Below are positions 34,598-42,893 of a DNA stretch of 45,903 bases, in pieces (the stretch's first letter is position 1; each line of letters opens with the position of its first letter). The stretch covers positions 1 through 45,903 of the forward strand of contig JAGXOH010000002.1 in the NCBI GenBank assembly GCA_023659985.1, written 5' to 3'. Both the position numbers and the translations under genes were made by a program. This stretch comes from Candidatus Falkowbacteria bacterium LH_S3. GTDB lineage: Bacteria; Patescibacteriota; Patescibacteriia; Patescibacteriales; JAGXOH01. The notes beneath the pieces are model-generated. The model was not told the origin of the DNA and did no database searches. It saw nothing but the letters and a program-made list of their open reading frames with translations.

Positions 34598-36250
34598 TTG
34601 CTCAACTTGCTTTTTTATTTGCAGAGGTGGAACTCCTTCTCTTTTTTTAACCAATTCTTGAGTCTCTTTCTCTAAAGAAGCTAAGTTAATTTGGGTTGGG
34701 GGGATAATATTGTAATCAATTATTTTTCCTTGAGAATCAATCTTTATTTGGTGGAATAGAATACCTCTGGGAGCTTCCAAACATGCACTACCAGAAAGCT
34801 TTTTTGATGGAAGGTTTTCTTTTTCAATTCCTTTTGATTTTTTCAAATCTTTTTCTGATATTTCTTCAATCAAATTTATTGTTTCCTCGAGGAAATGCAA
34901 AATCTCAATTGCTTGGGCTAAATTATTGTTAAAAGGATTATTGAGGTCAGGTTGAAGTTCTTGGAAGGCCTTCTTAGCTTTTGGGTTAAGAACTTTAGAA
35001 AAATGGCTGAGTCGGGATAGGGCTCCAACTTTTATTATTTCTCCTTTTTTTAAAATTCCTAGTTTTGCGGAAGAATCTTTTCTTACAATTTCTTTAATTG
35101 ATTTGGAAAAATTGCCAGGGTAAGAGGGGTAAAAACCTTGGACGGGAGTAATAGTTTCAAGCCGGCTATTAACCTTTAAGCTTGGAGTTTCAAGAGTTGA
35201 GAAAAGCTTTATTAAATCTTGGGCTTCATCAATAACTTCAAAAATTGAATTTCTAATTACTAAAAGCTCATCCATTTTTGGGGGAGTCCTAAATCCTCCT
35301 AATATTGTATTGGAGGGAAAAGCAGAAGATCCGCCAACAACTTCTAATATATTATCGGACACTTTTTTTAAGTTCAGCATTAAATGAAATTCAGCTGGAT
35401 ACTTTTTACAGAGTTCAACTGAGCCTTTAACGCCAGCATAATCTGGCAGAACTAAAAAGAAAAGATGTAAAAGGTGGCTTTTGAGAATTTGACTAGCCAG
35501 AAGAATTTTTCTTAAAATTGTTGTTTCTTGGGAAATTTTAACTCCTAAGGCGTCCTCCAGAGCAGACCAAGAACAAAGATTGTGAGCTACTGGACAAATC
35601 CCACAGATGCGAGAAGTATTAAAAGGAGCTTGTTGAAAATTCTGGCCCAAAACTAATCCCTCAACCAATCTTTCGCTTTCCTCGACTTCAAACTTAACCC
35701 TTTGTTCTTTAAAATTAATCTTTAAAACTCCGTGCCCTTCAATTTTAGCAGTGAAGTCAGGAAGAGTAATTTTTTTGATTTTTGAAACATTTTTTTCTTT
35801 CTTAATTTTTTCTAAAAGTTTTTTAACGAGTTCAATATCCGGCGGGCATCCAGGAATTTTTTCATCTACTCTAATAAATTTTTCTACTGGTTCTAAAAAT
35901 TTTGCCTTTAACTGGTAATTTTTATCATAGATTTTTGCAGCAAGTTTTTTTCTTTTTCCTTTGGATAATTGGGCAAAAATATTTCCAGAAATTGCGCAAG
36001 CTCCTAAAGCGACAACAATTTTTGAAGTTTCTCTAATTTGCTTGAGTAAATTAATCTGCTCTTTGGTAGTAACTGCTCCTTCTATAAAAGCAATGTCAAA
36101 ATTAGCGGGTTTTTTTTCTGAAAGCAATCGCCAATTAGTTATTTCAAAATCCTGAAAGAATTCGAGTAAAAGTTCGTCTAAGGAAAGAAGATGAAATTCA
36201 CATCCCTCACATCCAGTAAGGTCAAAAATTGCGATTTTTGTCTTTGTCAT
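34553..36250 (-). CDS. Single-polypeptide [NiFe]-hydrogenase: NuoB-like small-subunit domain (one proximal-cluster Cys set) fused to the large catalytic subunit
   Basis: Residues 1 to about 150: DLTGCEGCE, ALGACAISGN and IPGCPPD (four Cys of a proximal 4Fe-4S site). Residues about 165-565: KIEGHGVLKI, L1 motif RICGICPVAH, and C-terminal L2 motif DPCITCAVH immediately followed by the stop codon. Confidence 0.85.
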   Translation of the reverse strand: MTKTKIAIFDLTGCEGCEFHLLSLDELLLEFFQDFEITNWRLLSEKKPANFDIAFIEGAVTTKEQINLLKQIRETSKIVVALGACAISGNIFAQLSKGKRKKLAAKIYDKNYQLKAKFLEPVEKFIRVDEKIPGCPPDIELVKKLLEKIKKEKNVSKIKKITLPDFTAKIEGHGVLKINFKEQRVKFEVEESERLVEGLVLGQNFQQAPFNTSRICGICPVAHNLCSWSALEDALGVKISQETTILRKILLASQILKSHLLHLFFLVLPDYAGVKGSVELCKKYPAEFHLMLNLKKVSDNILEVVGGSSAFPSNTILGGFRTPPKMDELLVIRNSIFEVIDEAQDLIKLFSTLETPSLKVNSRLETITPVQGFYPSYPGNFSKSIKEIVRKDSSAKLGILKKGEIIKVGALSRLSHFSKVLNPKAKKAFQELQPDLNNPFNNNLAQAIEILHFLEETINLIEEISEKDLKKSKGIEKENLPSKKLSGSACLEAPRGILFHQIKIDSQGKIIDYNIIPPTQINLASLEKETQELVKKREGVPPLQIKKQVEQLIRAFDPCITCAVH

Positions 36251-36336
36251 ATTATATTCATTTTATCATCTATGGAGATATTTTTCCAACTTTGCTATAC
36301 TAAAAAAAGAAGTGAAATTTAATCGAAAATAAACTT

Positions 36337-37245
36337 ATGAGAAAAGGCTATTTTTTAGTTTTTGTAACCGCCCTTATTTCCGGATTTGCTATTTTTATTA
36401 ATAAATTTGGAGTAAGTGTAGTTAATCCTGATATTTACACTTTCTTGAGAGTCTTAACTGTTGCTATTTTCTTAACCGGCTTGCTTTTATTTTTGAAAGA
36501 TTGGCAGACATTAAAGAATCTAACTGGAAAACAATGGCTCTTATTAATTACAATTGGTTTGGTTGGTGGAAGCATTCCTTTTTTACTCTTCTTCAAAGGG
36601 ATTTCTATAACCAATGCTGCTCAAGGCTCCTTTATTCATAAAACAATGTTTATTTGGGTGGCAATTTTAGCAACTTTGTTTTTGAAGGAAAAAATTGAAA
36701 AAAAATTCTTGTTGGGCGGATTGTTCTTACTCTTGGGGAATCTAATCTTATTAGAAAAATTACCTCATTCATTTAATCAAGGAGATTTATTAGTTTTTTT
36801 AGCTAGTTTGCTTTGGGCTACAGAAAATACGATTTCAAAATATGTCTTAAGAGATTTGGGAGGCAGAATTGTTGCCTGGGCAAGGATGTTTTTCGGCGCT
36901 TTATTTATTTTGATATTCTTGTTGGCAACCAATCAATTTCCTTTAATTTCTGGTCTTACATTAGGACAGATTAATTGGGTTTTAATAACAGCAGTTATTC
37001 TATTTGGTTATGTAATGACCTGGTATAGTGGTTTGAAATTTATCCCGGTTTCTCAGGCAACAGCAATTTTACTCCTTGGTTCCCCGATAACCACTTTATT
37101 GTCATTTATTCAGACGGGGCAAGTAAGTTTTCAAGAAATTTTTTCCGGCTTCTTCATTATTTTAGGAATACTTCTAGTTTTTGGATTAAAAGAAGTGTGG
37201 CGTTTATTCAAGGAATTTAAAAAACTATTTTATGTCTGGACTTAA
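36337..37245 (+). CDS. EamA/DMT-superfamily transporter
   Basis: 302 aa, about 10 TM helices in two similar halves, typical of the EamA duplication. Overlaps the next ORF by 14 nt. Confidence 0.75.
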   Translation: MRKGYFLVFVTALISGFAIFINKFGVSVVNPDIYTFLRVLTVAIFLTGLLLFLKDWQTLKNLTGKQWLLLITIGLVGGSIPFLLFFKGISITNAAQGSFIHKTMFIWVAILATLFLKEKIEKKFLLGGLFLLLGNLILLEKLPHSFNQGDLLVFLASLLWATENTISKYVLRDLGGRIVAWARMFFGALFILIFLLATNQFPLISGLTLGQINWVLITAVILFGYVMTWYSGLKFIPVSQATAILLLGSPITTLLSFIQTGQVSFQEIFSGFFIILGILLVFGLKEVWRLFKEFKKLFYVWT

Positions 37246-37972
37246 GTTGGCAGCTCTTTGTGGATTTTATCCCCACAAACTTGGTTTTTGCGGACTTCAA
37301 GAAAACTCAGCGAAGAAAAACCTTTTGAGTTATCTTTCTGGAGAAAAAATCCCTGAGCAAAAAATCAGAAAAATTTTAGAAACTTTTAAAGGAGCTTTTT
37401 CTTATTATAAATTAATTGCTAAAAGTAATGGAATTGAAGACCCTTTTGATGAAAAAGTAGTTAAGGCTTACTGGTTTGGCAATCAACTTTTAGAAAAGGT
37501 TCCGGTTGATTCCCTAAAAGAGATGATTATCAAAGAGTTCGTCGGACCTGGTTTTCTTTCAAAAAAAATGGCTGAGAAAAAAGCCAGAGAAATCTCTTTT
37601 ACCTCAAAAGCCCATCACAGTTTCCATGTTCTAGTTATAGGTTCGGTGAGTGGTCGGATAATGCTTGAGGGTAAGTTGTTAGATCTTTGTCGGATTGCTT
37701 GGGGAAAGGTAATAGGATACAAAAAGGGGGAAACAGAAAATGCAAATAAGATAATTATTGAATATCACCCCCTCCAAAAGAAAAGAGGGAAATATTCTTT
37801 AGGAGGACCAATCCATAAAATTGTGTTTTGGGAGAAAAAATTTATACCAGAGATTAAAATCGGAGATAAAGTGGCGATTCATTGGAATCATATTGTGCAA
37901 ATTCTTGATGCAAAAGATTTAATCAATCTCAAAAAATACACTCAAATTACAATAGATTCTCTAAATAGTTAG
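37232..37972 (+). CDS. Conserved-looking hypothetical protein with a HypC-like C-terminal segment
   Basis: 246 aa. The N-terminus has LAALCGFYPHKLGFCG. The C-terminus IGDKVAIHWNHIVQILDAKDLINLKKY resembles the HypC GDxVLVHxGFAI..ID..EA motif. Translationally coupled to the EamA gene. Confidence 0.6.
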   Translation: MSGLKLAALCGFYPHKLGFCGLQENSAKKNLLSYLSGEKIPEQKIRKILETFKGAFSYYKLIAKSNGIEDPFDEKVVKAYWFGNQLLEKVPVDSLKEMIIKEFVGPGFLSKKMAEKKAREISFTSKAHHSFHVLVIGSVSGRIMLEGKLLDLCRIAWGKVIGYKKGETENANKIIIEYHPLQKKRGKYSLGGPIHKIVFWEKKFIPEIKIGDKVAIHWNHIVQILDAKDLINLKKYTQITIDSLNS

Positions 37973-38078
37973 AAGGAATTTTTTGAAAAAGAGTGAGCCC
38001 AGCCGAATGGCGGGGCGAGCAATGCGGAGGCGGCTGCGGCGAGGAAAAGGGGTTCAAGGGGAAAGGGAATCGCCGTTC
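37972..38078 (-). repeat. GC-rich inverted repeat, right copy (IR-R)
   Basis: gaaggaattttttgaaaaagagtgagcccagccgaatggcggggcgagcaatgcggaggcggctgcggcgaggaaaaggggttcaaggggaaagggaatcgccgttc. It begins at the last base of the upstream stop codon. Confidence 0.9.
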
Positions 38079-38495
38079 AAAACGCAAAACTCAAAGTTAA
38101 AAACGCAAAACCAAAAATTAAATGAAATCCAAAATCCAAAAAATATGATTGAAACGCAAAACTCAAAGTTAAAAACGCAAAACCAAAAGTCAAAACTTAA
38201 AACCAAAAATTAAATGAAATCCAAAATCCAAATGCCAAATGAAATCCAAATGACAAAGCTCAAATACTTAATAAAATCCAAATGACATACAATAAAATCC
38301 TAATGACAAAATCCTAATGTCAAATGAAGGTCAAATGACTAAATGACAAATGACAAAGCTTAAAACTTAAAGCTCAAAATTTAAAACCAAAAATTAAATG
38401 AAATCCAAAATCCAAATGCCAAATGAAATATAGTTGAAACTCAAAGCTTAAAATTAAAAGCTCAAAATTTAAAACTGAATTAAAATATCGTTCAG
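38079..38495. repeat. Expanded A-rich arm of the palindromic repeat family (inverted relative to 34120-34173)
   Basis: aaaacgcaaaactcaaagttaaaaacgcaaaaccaaaa...aaatgaaatccaaaatccaaa occurs twice in tandem, followed by further AAATCCAAA / CAAATGAC / CTTAAAGCT words. It ends aaaactgaattaaaatatcgtt, the reverse complement of the centre motif aacaatgttttaattcagtttt. Confidence 0.85.
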
Positions 38496-38607
38496 AAATT
38501 TTAAGATTTAAGTGTTACAATTGAAACTAAATAGATATATTGAACGCAAAAAAATTAATAATTTTGTATCATCAACCATACATATATAAAATAATTAGAA
38601 AAAATAG

Positions 38608-38694
38608 GCCCAGGTGGCGGAATTGGTATACGCGCATGGTTTAGGACCATGTGCCTTTATAGGCTTGGGAGTTCAAATCTCCCCTCGCCCACCA
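38608..38694 (+). tRNA. tRNA-Leu(TAG)-like gene with a poorly paired acceptor stem (possible pseudo- or chimeric tRNA)
   Basis: The D-arm, anticodon arm (CATGG-TTTAGGA-CCATG), variable arm (GCCT/AGGC) and T-arm (GGGAG-TTCAAAT-CTCCC) are good, and ACCA is encoded. The 5' strand GCCCAGG against the 3' strand CTCGCCC gives only 3 Watson-Crick pairs plus 1 GU out of 7 in my hand fold. Confidence 0.6.
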
Positions 38695-38777
38695 AAATAA
38701 TTAAGCGAAGTTTATTAAATCAGAGCTTTGCTTAATTGCTGAAGATTAAAGTTGAAAGCTAAAAGAATACCTAAATT

Positions 38778-40367
38778 ATGCAGACACAAAAACAATTAGT
38801 TACAATCAAAGAAGCAAGTCGGTGGGCTACTGATCATCTTAACAGAGACGTGAGTGAGTCCAATATTTCGTACTTGATTCAATATGGAAATGTCAGAAAG
38901 TATAATAGTGACAGTTCAACCTTAGTAAATCTTGACGATTTGCAAAAATACTACCAACCCTATCATAGCAAAAGAGAAATAAGTTGGAAAAAACGCCTTG
39001 GAGATGATTTGAATTGGGCTTTATCCTTTGATCATCTTCGAGAAAAAGATACAACAAAACATGTTCATCGCCTTCATCCATACAAAGGGAAATTCATTCC
39101 TCAGCTTGTTCAATATTTTATTGATGATCACACTGATAATTTTAAAAAAAATACATATTTCAAACAAGGAGATATTATCCTTGATCCATTCTCTGGTTCT
39201 GGGACCACTTTAGTTCAAGCAAGTGAAATGGGTATTCATTCAATTGGAATTGATATTTCACAATTCAATTGTATGATTACTGATGCTAAGCTACACAAAT
39301 ATGATTTTGACTCATTAAATCAAGAGATAAAGTGTGTCAAAAAAGCGCTTGCAGATTTTGAATATGATAGCAATGTTTCTACTTTTGAATCAGAGCTTCT
39401 GCAAAAAATGAATAAGTTTAATTATGAGTATTTTCCAAGCCCAGATTTTAAGTATCAAATACAACAAGGAAAGATTGATGAAAATAGTTATTCCAAAAAT
39501 AAAGAAAAAGAATTTTTAAAAATTTATAATAGTTTGGTAAAAAAATATGAGATTGAGCTGAATCATAGAGTCAGCGAGTCGTTCCTAGATGAGTGGTATA
39601 TAAAAAATGTTAGAAAAGAAATTAATTTTACATTTGATTTAATAAAACAAATTAAAGATATCAAGAATAAAAAAGTTCTTGCTGTAATTTTAAGTCGAAC
39701 TATTAGATCTTGTCGGGCCACTACCCATTCTGATCTTGCAACTCTAAAAGAACCCCAACTTACCACTTATTATTGTTTTAAGCATAAGAAAATTTGTAAG
39801 CCACTTTTTTCTATCAAATACTGGTTTGAAAGATACGCAAATGATACGCTAAAACGTCTTAGAGATTTCGAGCGTTTAAGAACACAAGCGCATTTTTCTG
39901 TTTTGTCAACAGATTCTCGCGCAGTAGATATTTTTACAGAAATAAAGAAACGAAATAAAAAATTGTATGAACAATTAAAGAAGCAGAAAATCCGCGGCAT
40001 CTTCACTTCGCCTCCGTATGTAGGACAAATTGATTATCACGAACAACATGCTTACGCCTATGATCTTTTCGGTTTTGATCGTCAAGATAATTTAGAGATT
40101 GGCCCTTTGTATAAAGGACAAGGCAAAGAGGCTCGCAATTCGTATGTTAAGGGAGTTTCAGATGTTTTACTCAATTGCAAAAAATATTTAACGGATAATT
40201 TTGATATATTTCTTGTTGCAAATGATAAATACAATCTTTATCCGATTATAGCAGAGCGATCGGGTATGCAGATTGTTAATAAATTTAAACGGCCAGTTCT
40301 AAATAGAACCGAACGAGATAGGTTGCCCTATTCGGAAATAATTTTTCACATAAAAAATACAAAATAA
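38778..40367 (+). CDS. Type II DNA amino-methyltransferase (SPPY-type, possibly N4-cytosine) with motif I upstream of motif IV
   Basis: AdoMet motif GDIILDPFSGSGTTLVQASEMGIHSIGIDI near residue 130. Catalytic motif IFTSPPYVGQIDY near residue 410. N-terminal HTH-like LVTIKEASRWA. Confidence 0.85.
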   Translation: MQTQKQLVTIKEASRWATDHLNRDVSESNISYLIQYGNVRKYNSDSSTLVNLDDLQKYYQPYHSKREISWKKRLGDDLNWALSFDHLREKDTTKHVHRLHPYKGKFIPQLVQYFIDDHTDNFKKNTYFKQGDIILDPFSGSGTTLVQASEMGIHSIGIDISQFNCMITDAKLHKYDFDSLNQEIKCVKKALADFEYDSNVSTFESELLQKMNKFNYEYFPSPDFKYQIQQGKIDENSYSKNKEKEFLKIYNSLVKKYEIELNHRVSESFLDEWYIKNVRKEINFTFDLIKQIKDIKNKKVLAVILSRTIRSCRATTHSDLATLKEPQLTTYYCFKHKKICKPLFSIKYWFERYANDTLKRLRDFERLRTQAHFSVLSTDSRAVDIFTEIKKRNKKLYEQLKKQKIRGIFTSPPYVGQIDYHEQHAYAYDLFGFDRQDNLEIGPLYKGQGKEARNSYVKGVSDVLLNCKKYLTDNFDIFLVANDKYNLYPIIAERSGMQIVNKFKRPVLNRTERDRLPYSEIIFHIKNTK

Positions 40368-40368
40368 T

Positions 40369-41145
40369 ATGGCACTATCAAAACAGCAGAGTAAAGAAAT
40401 AAAGGAGTATCTCGTTGGAAAAATACGGTGGAAGTTAGATAATTATAATCCTGAAACAAACGCAATGCCTTTCCATTATCGCTTGCTTGGGAAAGATCGC
40501 ATAGCTTTGTTTTCTTTTATTCATTCTGTGAATACTACACTTGGGACTTCAATTTTTGAACAAGTTGGTGCAATGATAGCAAAGCCACATACAAAAAGAA
40601 CAATCGGACAATATAAAGAGTTTGAGGGATTTGTTAGTAGCGAGGTAGTACTTACGATAGACACAATCATGCGGGAATTGCGCGCGGCTTCTCGTAAGCC
40701 AAATAAGCCAAAAGAAACAGAGGAAGTACTTGCTGCGGTTAAAAAAGGAAATCAAGGAAAGAAAATGAAAAAGCGAGTGGATTTATTTGTGAAGATGAAA
40801 GACAACACTGAATACTATTTTGAATTGAAATCTGCCAAGCCGAATATCAATGAATTTACTGGAATTAAAAAACAAATGCTTGATTGGATAGCTATGCGCG
40901 GAAGCCAAAAACCAAACGCAAAAGTAAAAACTATTGTCGCTATTCCATACAATCCATATGAACCCCAGCCATACGAACGATGGACACTTCAAGGACTTTT
41001 TGATTTGAACGAGGAGGTATTAGTAGGTAAAGAATTTTGGGATTTGTTGGGTGGAAAAGATACTTATGAGGATTTATTAAAGGTGTTTGAGCAAGCAGGA
41101 TTAGAGCTTTATGACGAAATTGACCGAAAAAAAAAATTTGAATAA
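40369..41145 (+). CDS. Putative type II restriction endonuclease (PD-(D/E)xK; TdeIII-family-like by recollection)
   Basis: Starts 1 nt after the methyltransferase stop codon. Candidate catalytic triad RVDLFV ... YFELKSAKPN (D ... ExK). The N-terminal HSVNTTLGTSIFEQV segment resembles proteins annotated as the TdeIII family. Confidence 0.55.
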   Translation: MALSKQQSKEIKEYLVGKIRWKLDNYNPETNAMPFHYRLLGKDRIALFSFIHSVNTTLGTSIFEQVGAMIAKPHTKRTIGQYKEFEGFVSSEVVLTIDTIMRELRAASRKPNKPKETEEVLAAVKKGNQGKKMKKRVDLFVKMKDNTEYYFELKSAKPNINEFTGIKKQMLDWIAMRGSQKPNAKVKTIVAIPYNPYEPQPYERWTLQGLFDLNEEVLVGKEFWDLLGGKDTYEDLLKVFEQAGLELYDEIDRKKKFE

Positions 41146-41490
41146 CGGAAATTAGTATTTTGTTATGTATTTTTTATATGCTCTCACAAATAATTCAATT
41201 CGTCTTGATCTAAAATGAAAGTAGGGACTTTCCGACTTTTTAAGAATCTGTTAAAAATATATAGTAGAGATATAATAATACAATTAAAAAGGGGGAACCA
41301 AACTATTATACTTTATTATTGAGATTATGTTTGGATAATCCACGCAAATTTATTGAATATTTATCTAACAAAGGAATCCCATCAGATATAATTAGGTATA
41401 ATTGCAAGCCATTAGACCTGTTGTTTAATAACAAAAATATTGTAAAATAATGATATAAAAAGTGTTTTTAAAAGTTAATTTTTAATTATT

Positions 41491-42409
41491 ATGATGAATA
41501 TTAATAAAATATTAAAGAATAAACGTTTAACATTAGCCTTAACCGGGCTTACTCCACAAGAATTTTTAAATCTGTTATCACCCTTTGCTCAAACTTGGCA
41601 AGATTTAAAGCAAGAAGATTATCAAAAAAATAGAAAACAGAGGAAACGTAAACTAAGTGGAGGCAGAAAGGGCTCTTTAAGAGAGATGGAAGACAAATTA
41701 TTGTTTATTCTATTCTATTATAAATGTTATCCAACTTATGGAGTGCTAAGTTTTCTCTATGGTTTTGATAGAGCGAACGGGTTTAGAAGACAAGAGCAAA
41801 TAACCAAAGTATTGGAAAAAACTCCCCGCAGAAAGCTGTTTTACCTGAAAGGAAATTAGAGAAAGCTGAAGAATTCTTTGAGACGTTCCCCGAGATCAGA
41901 GAGGTATTTATAACTGAAAGACAGACTCAGAGACTCAGAGACTCAAGGACTCAAAACAACAAAGAGATAAATACTCTGGTAAAAAGAAACGACATACTGC
42001 AAAGAATATTGTCATATCAAACAAGAAAAAACAAATATTGTTTTTGAGTAAGACCGAAGGAGAAAGACAACATAGTTTTTCAATGTTAAAAGAACACGCT
42101 CCGCCTCTGGAAAATACCAATCACGATTGAGCAGCTTTAGACTTGGGTTTTAAGGGATATCGCGCTCAGTTTCCTAACCACAAAATATCAATACCAGAGA
42201 GAAAACCTAGAACCAAGGAACTTTGCAAGACTAAAACAGAGCAAAACAAGAGAAAATCAAGAACCAGAGTTTTGGTGGAACACGCTACCCCCGCTGTAAA
42301 AAGATTCAGAATCACAACAGATGTATTTCGTAACAAAGTGAATGGCTCAGATGACAAAGCAATGTCCATTTCCTGCAGACTTTGGAATTACCATCTCTTA
42401 ATGAGTTAA
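41491..42409 (+). pseudogene. Degraded IS5/Harbinger-like (DDE_Tnp_4-type) transposase gene
   Basis: HTH_Tnp_4-like N-terminus (LTLALTGLTPQEFLNLL...KLLFILFYYKCYPTYGVLSFLYG). The middle part YSGKKKRHTAKNIVIS...GERQHSFSML lies in another frame. An in-frame TGA precedes ALDLGFKGY...RVLVEHATPAVKRFRI. Confidence 0.7.
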
Positions 42410-42728
42410 AAATTCCAAAATCTACAGGATAATTATGGAGTATAAAATATTATTAAGCAACTGGTCTAATATAAAATTGTTTCCTAACTTTAGAAAACTA
42501 ATTGAGAAGGTACTAAAATAAAGGATATAATATTTAGTTTAGATGCCTGAAAATTGATTCTCACAAAATTAGAAATTTTGCTCGGCACTTCCATGTTCAT
42601 CTAATAGCCATTTTACGGAAAATCTGCGGATTTTCTCAAATTCGCTTTCAGCAAACTTCGTAAAACGGCATATGTTACACGAAGTTGTCAGCCCTTGCAC
42701 AACCAATAATTTTATAAATATTTATTAT

Positions 42729-42869
42729 TCAATACTGAATATGACTAACTGTACTTGATGAGTACATAGGTAACACTTTAATAGAATTATTGAACTTAAT
42801 CAGCGCTTTGTAGTTCAATGTCTGATGAGGTCTTCTAAAATTGTATTCAATCAACCATTTAGTTGTATA
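42729..42869 (-). pseudogene. C-terminal remnant of an rve-type (IS3/IS481-like) transposase
   Basis: Hand translation of the minus strand: YTTKWLIEYNFRRPHQTLNYKALIKFNNSIKVLPMYSSSTVSHIQY. The W..YN..RPH..L motif is typical of integrase-core C-termini. There is no upstream catalytic part. Confidence 0.5.
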
Positions 42870-42893
42870 ATTAAATAATATTTATGCTTATGT

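Noticed and set aside
37983-38213. A 76-aa ORF (MKKSEPSRMAGRAMRRRLRRGKG...KTQNSKLKTQNQ...).
   Set aside because: It lies entirely within IR-R and the A-rich repeat arm. Its sequence is just the translation of repeat words, and the equivalent left copy has no matching ORF.
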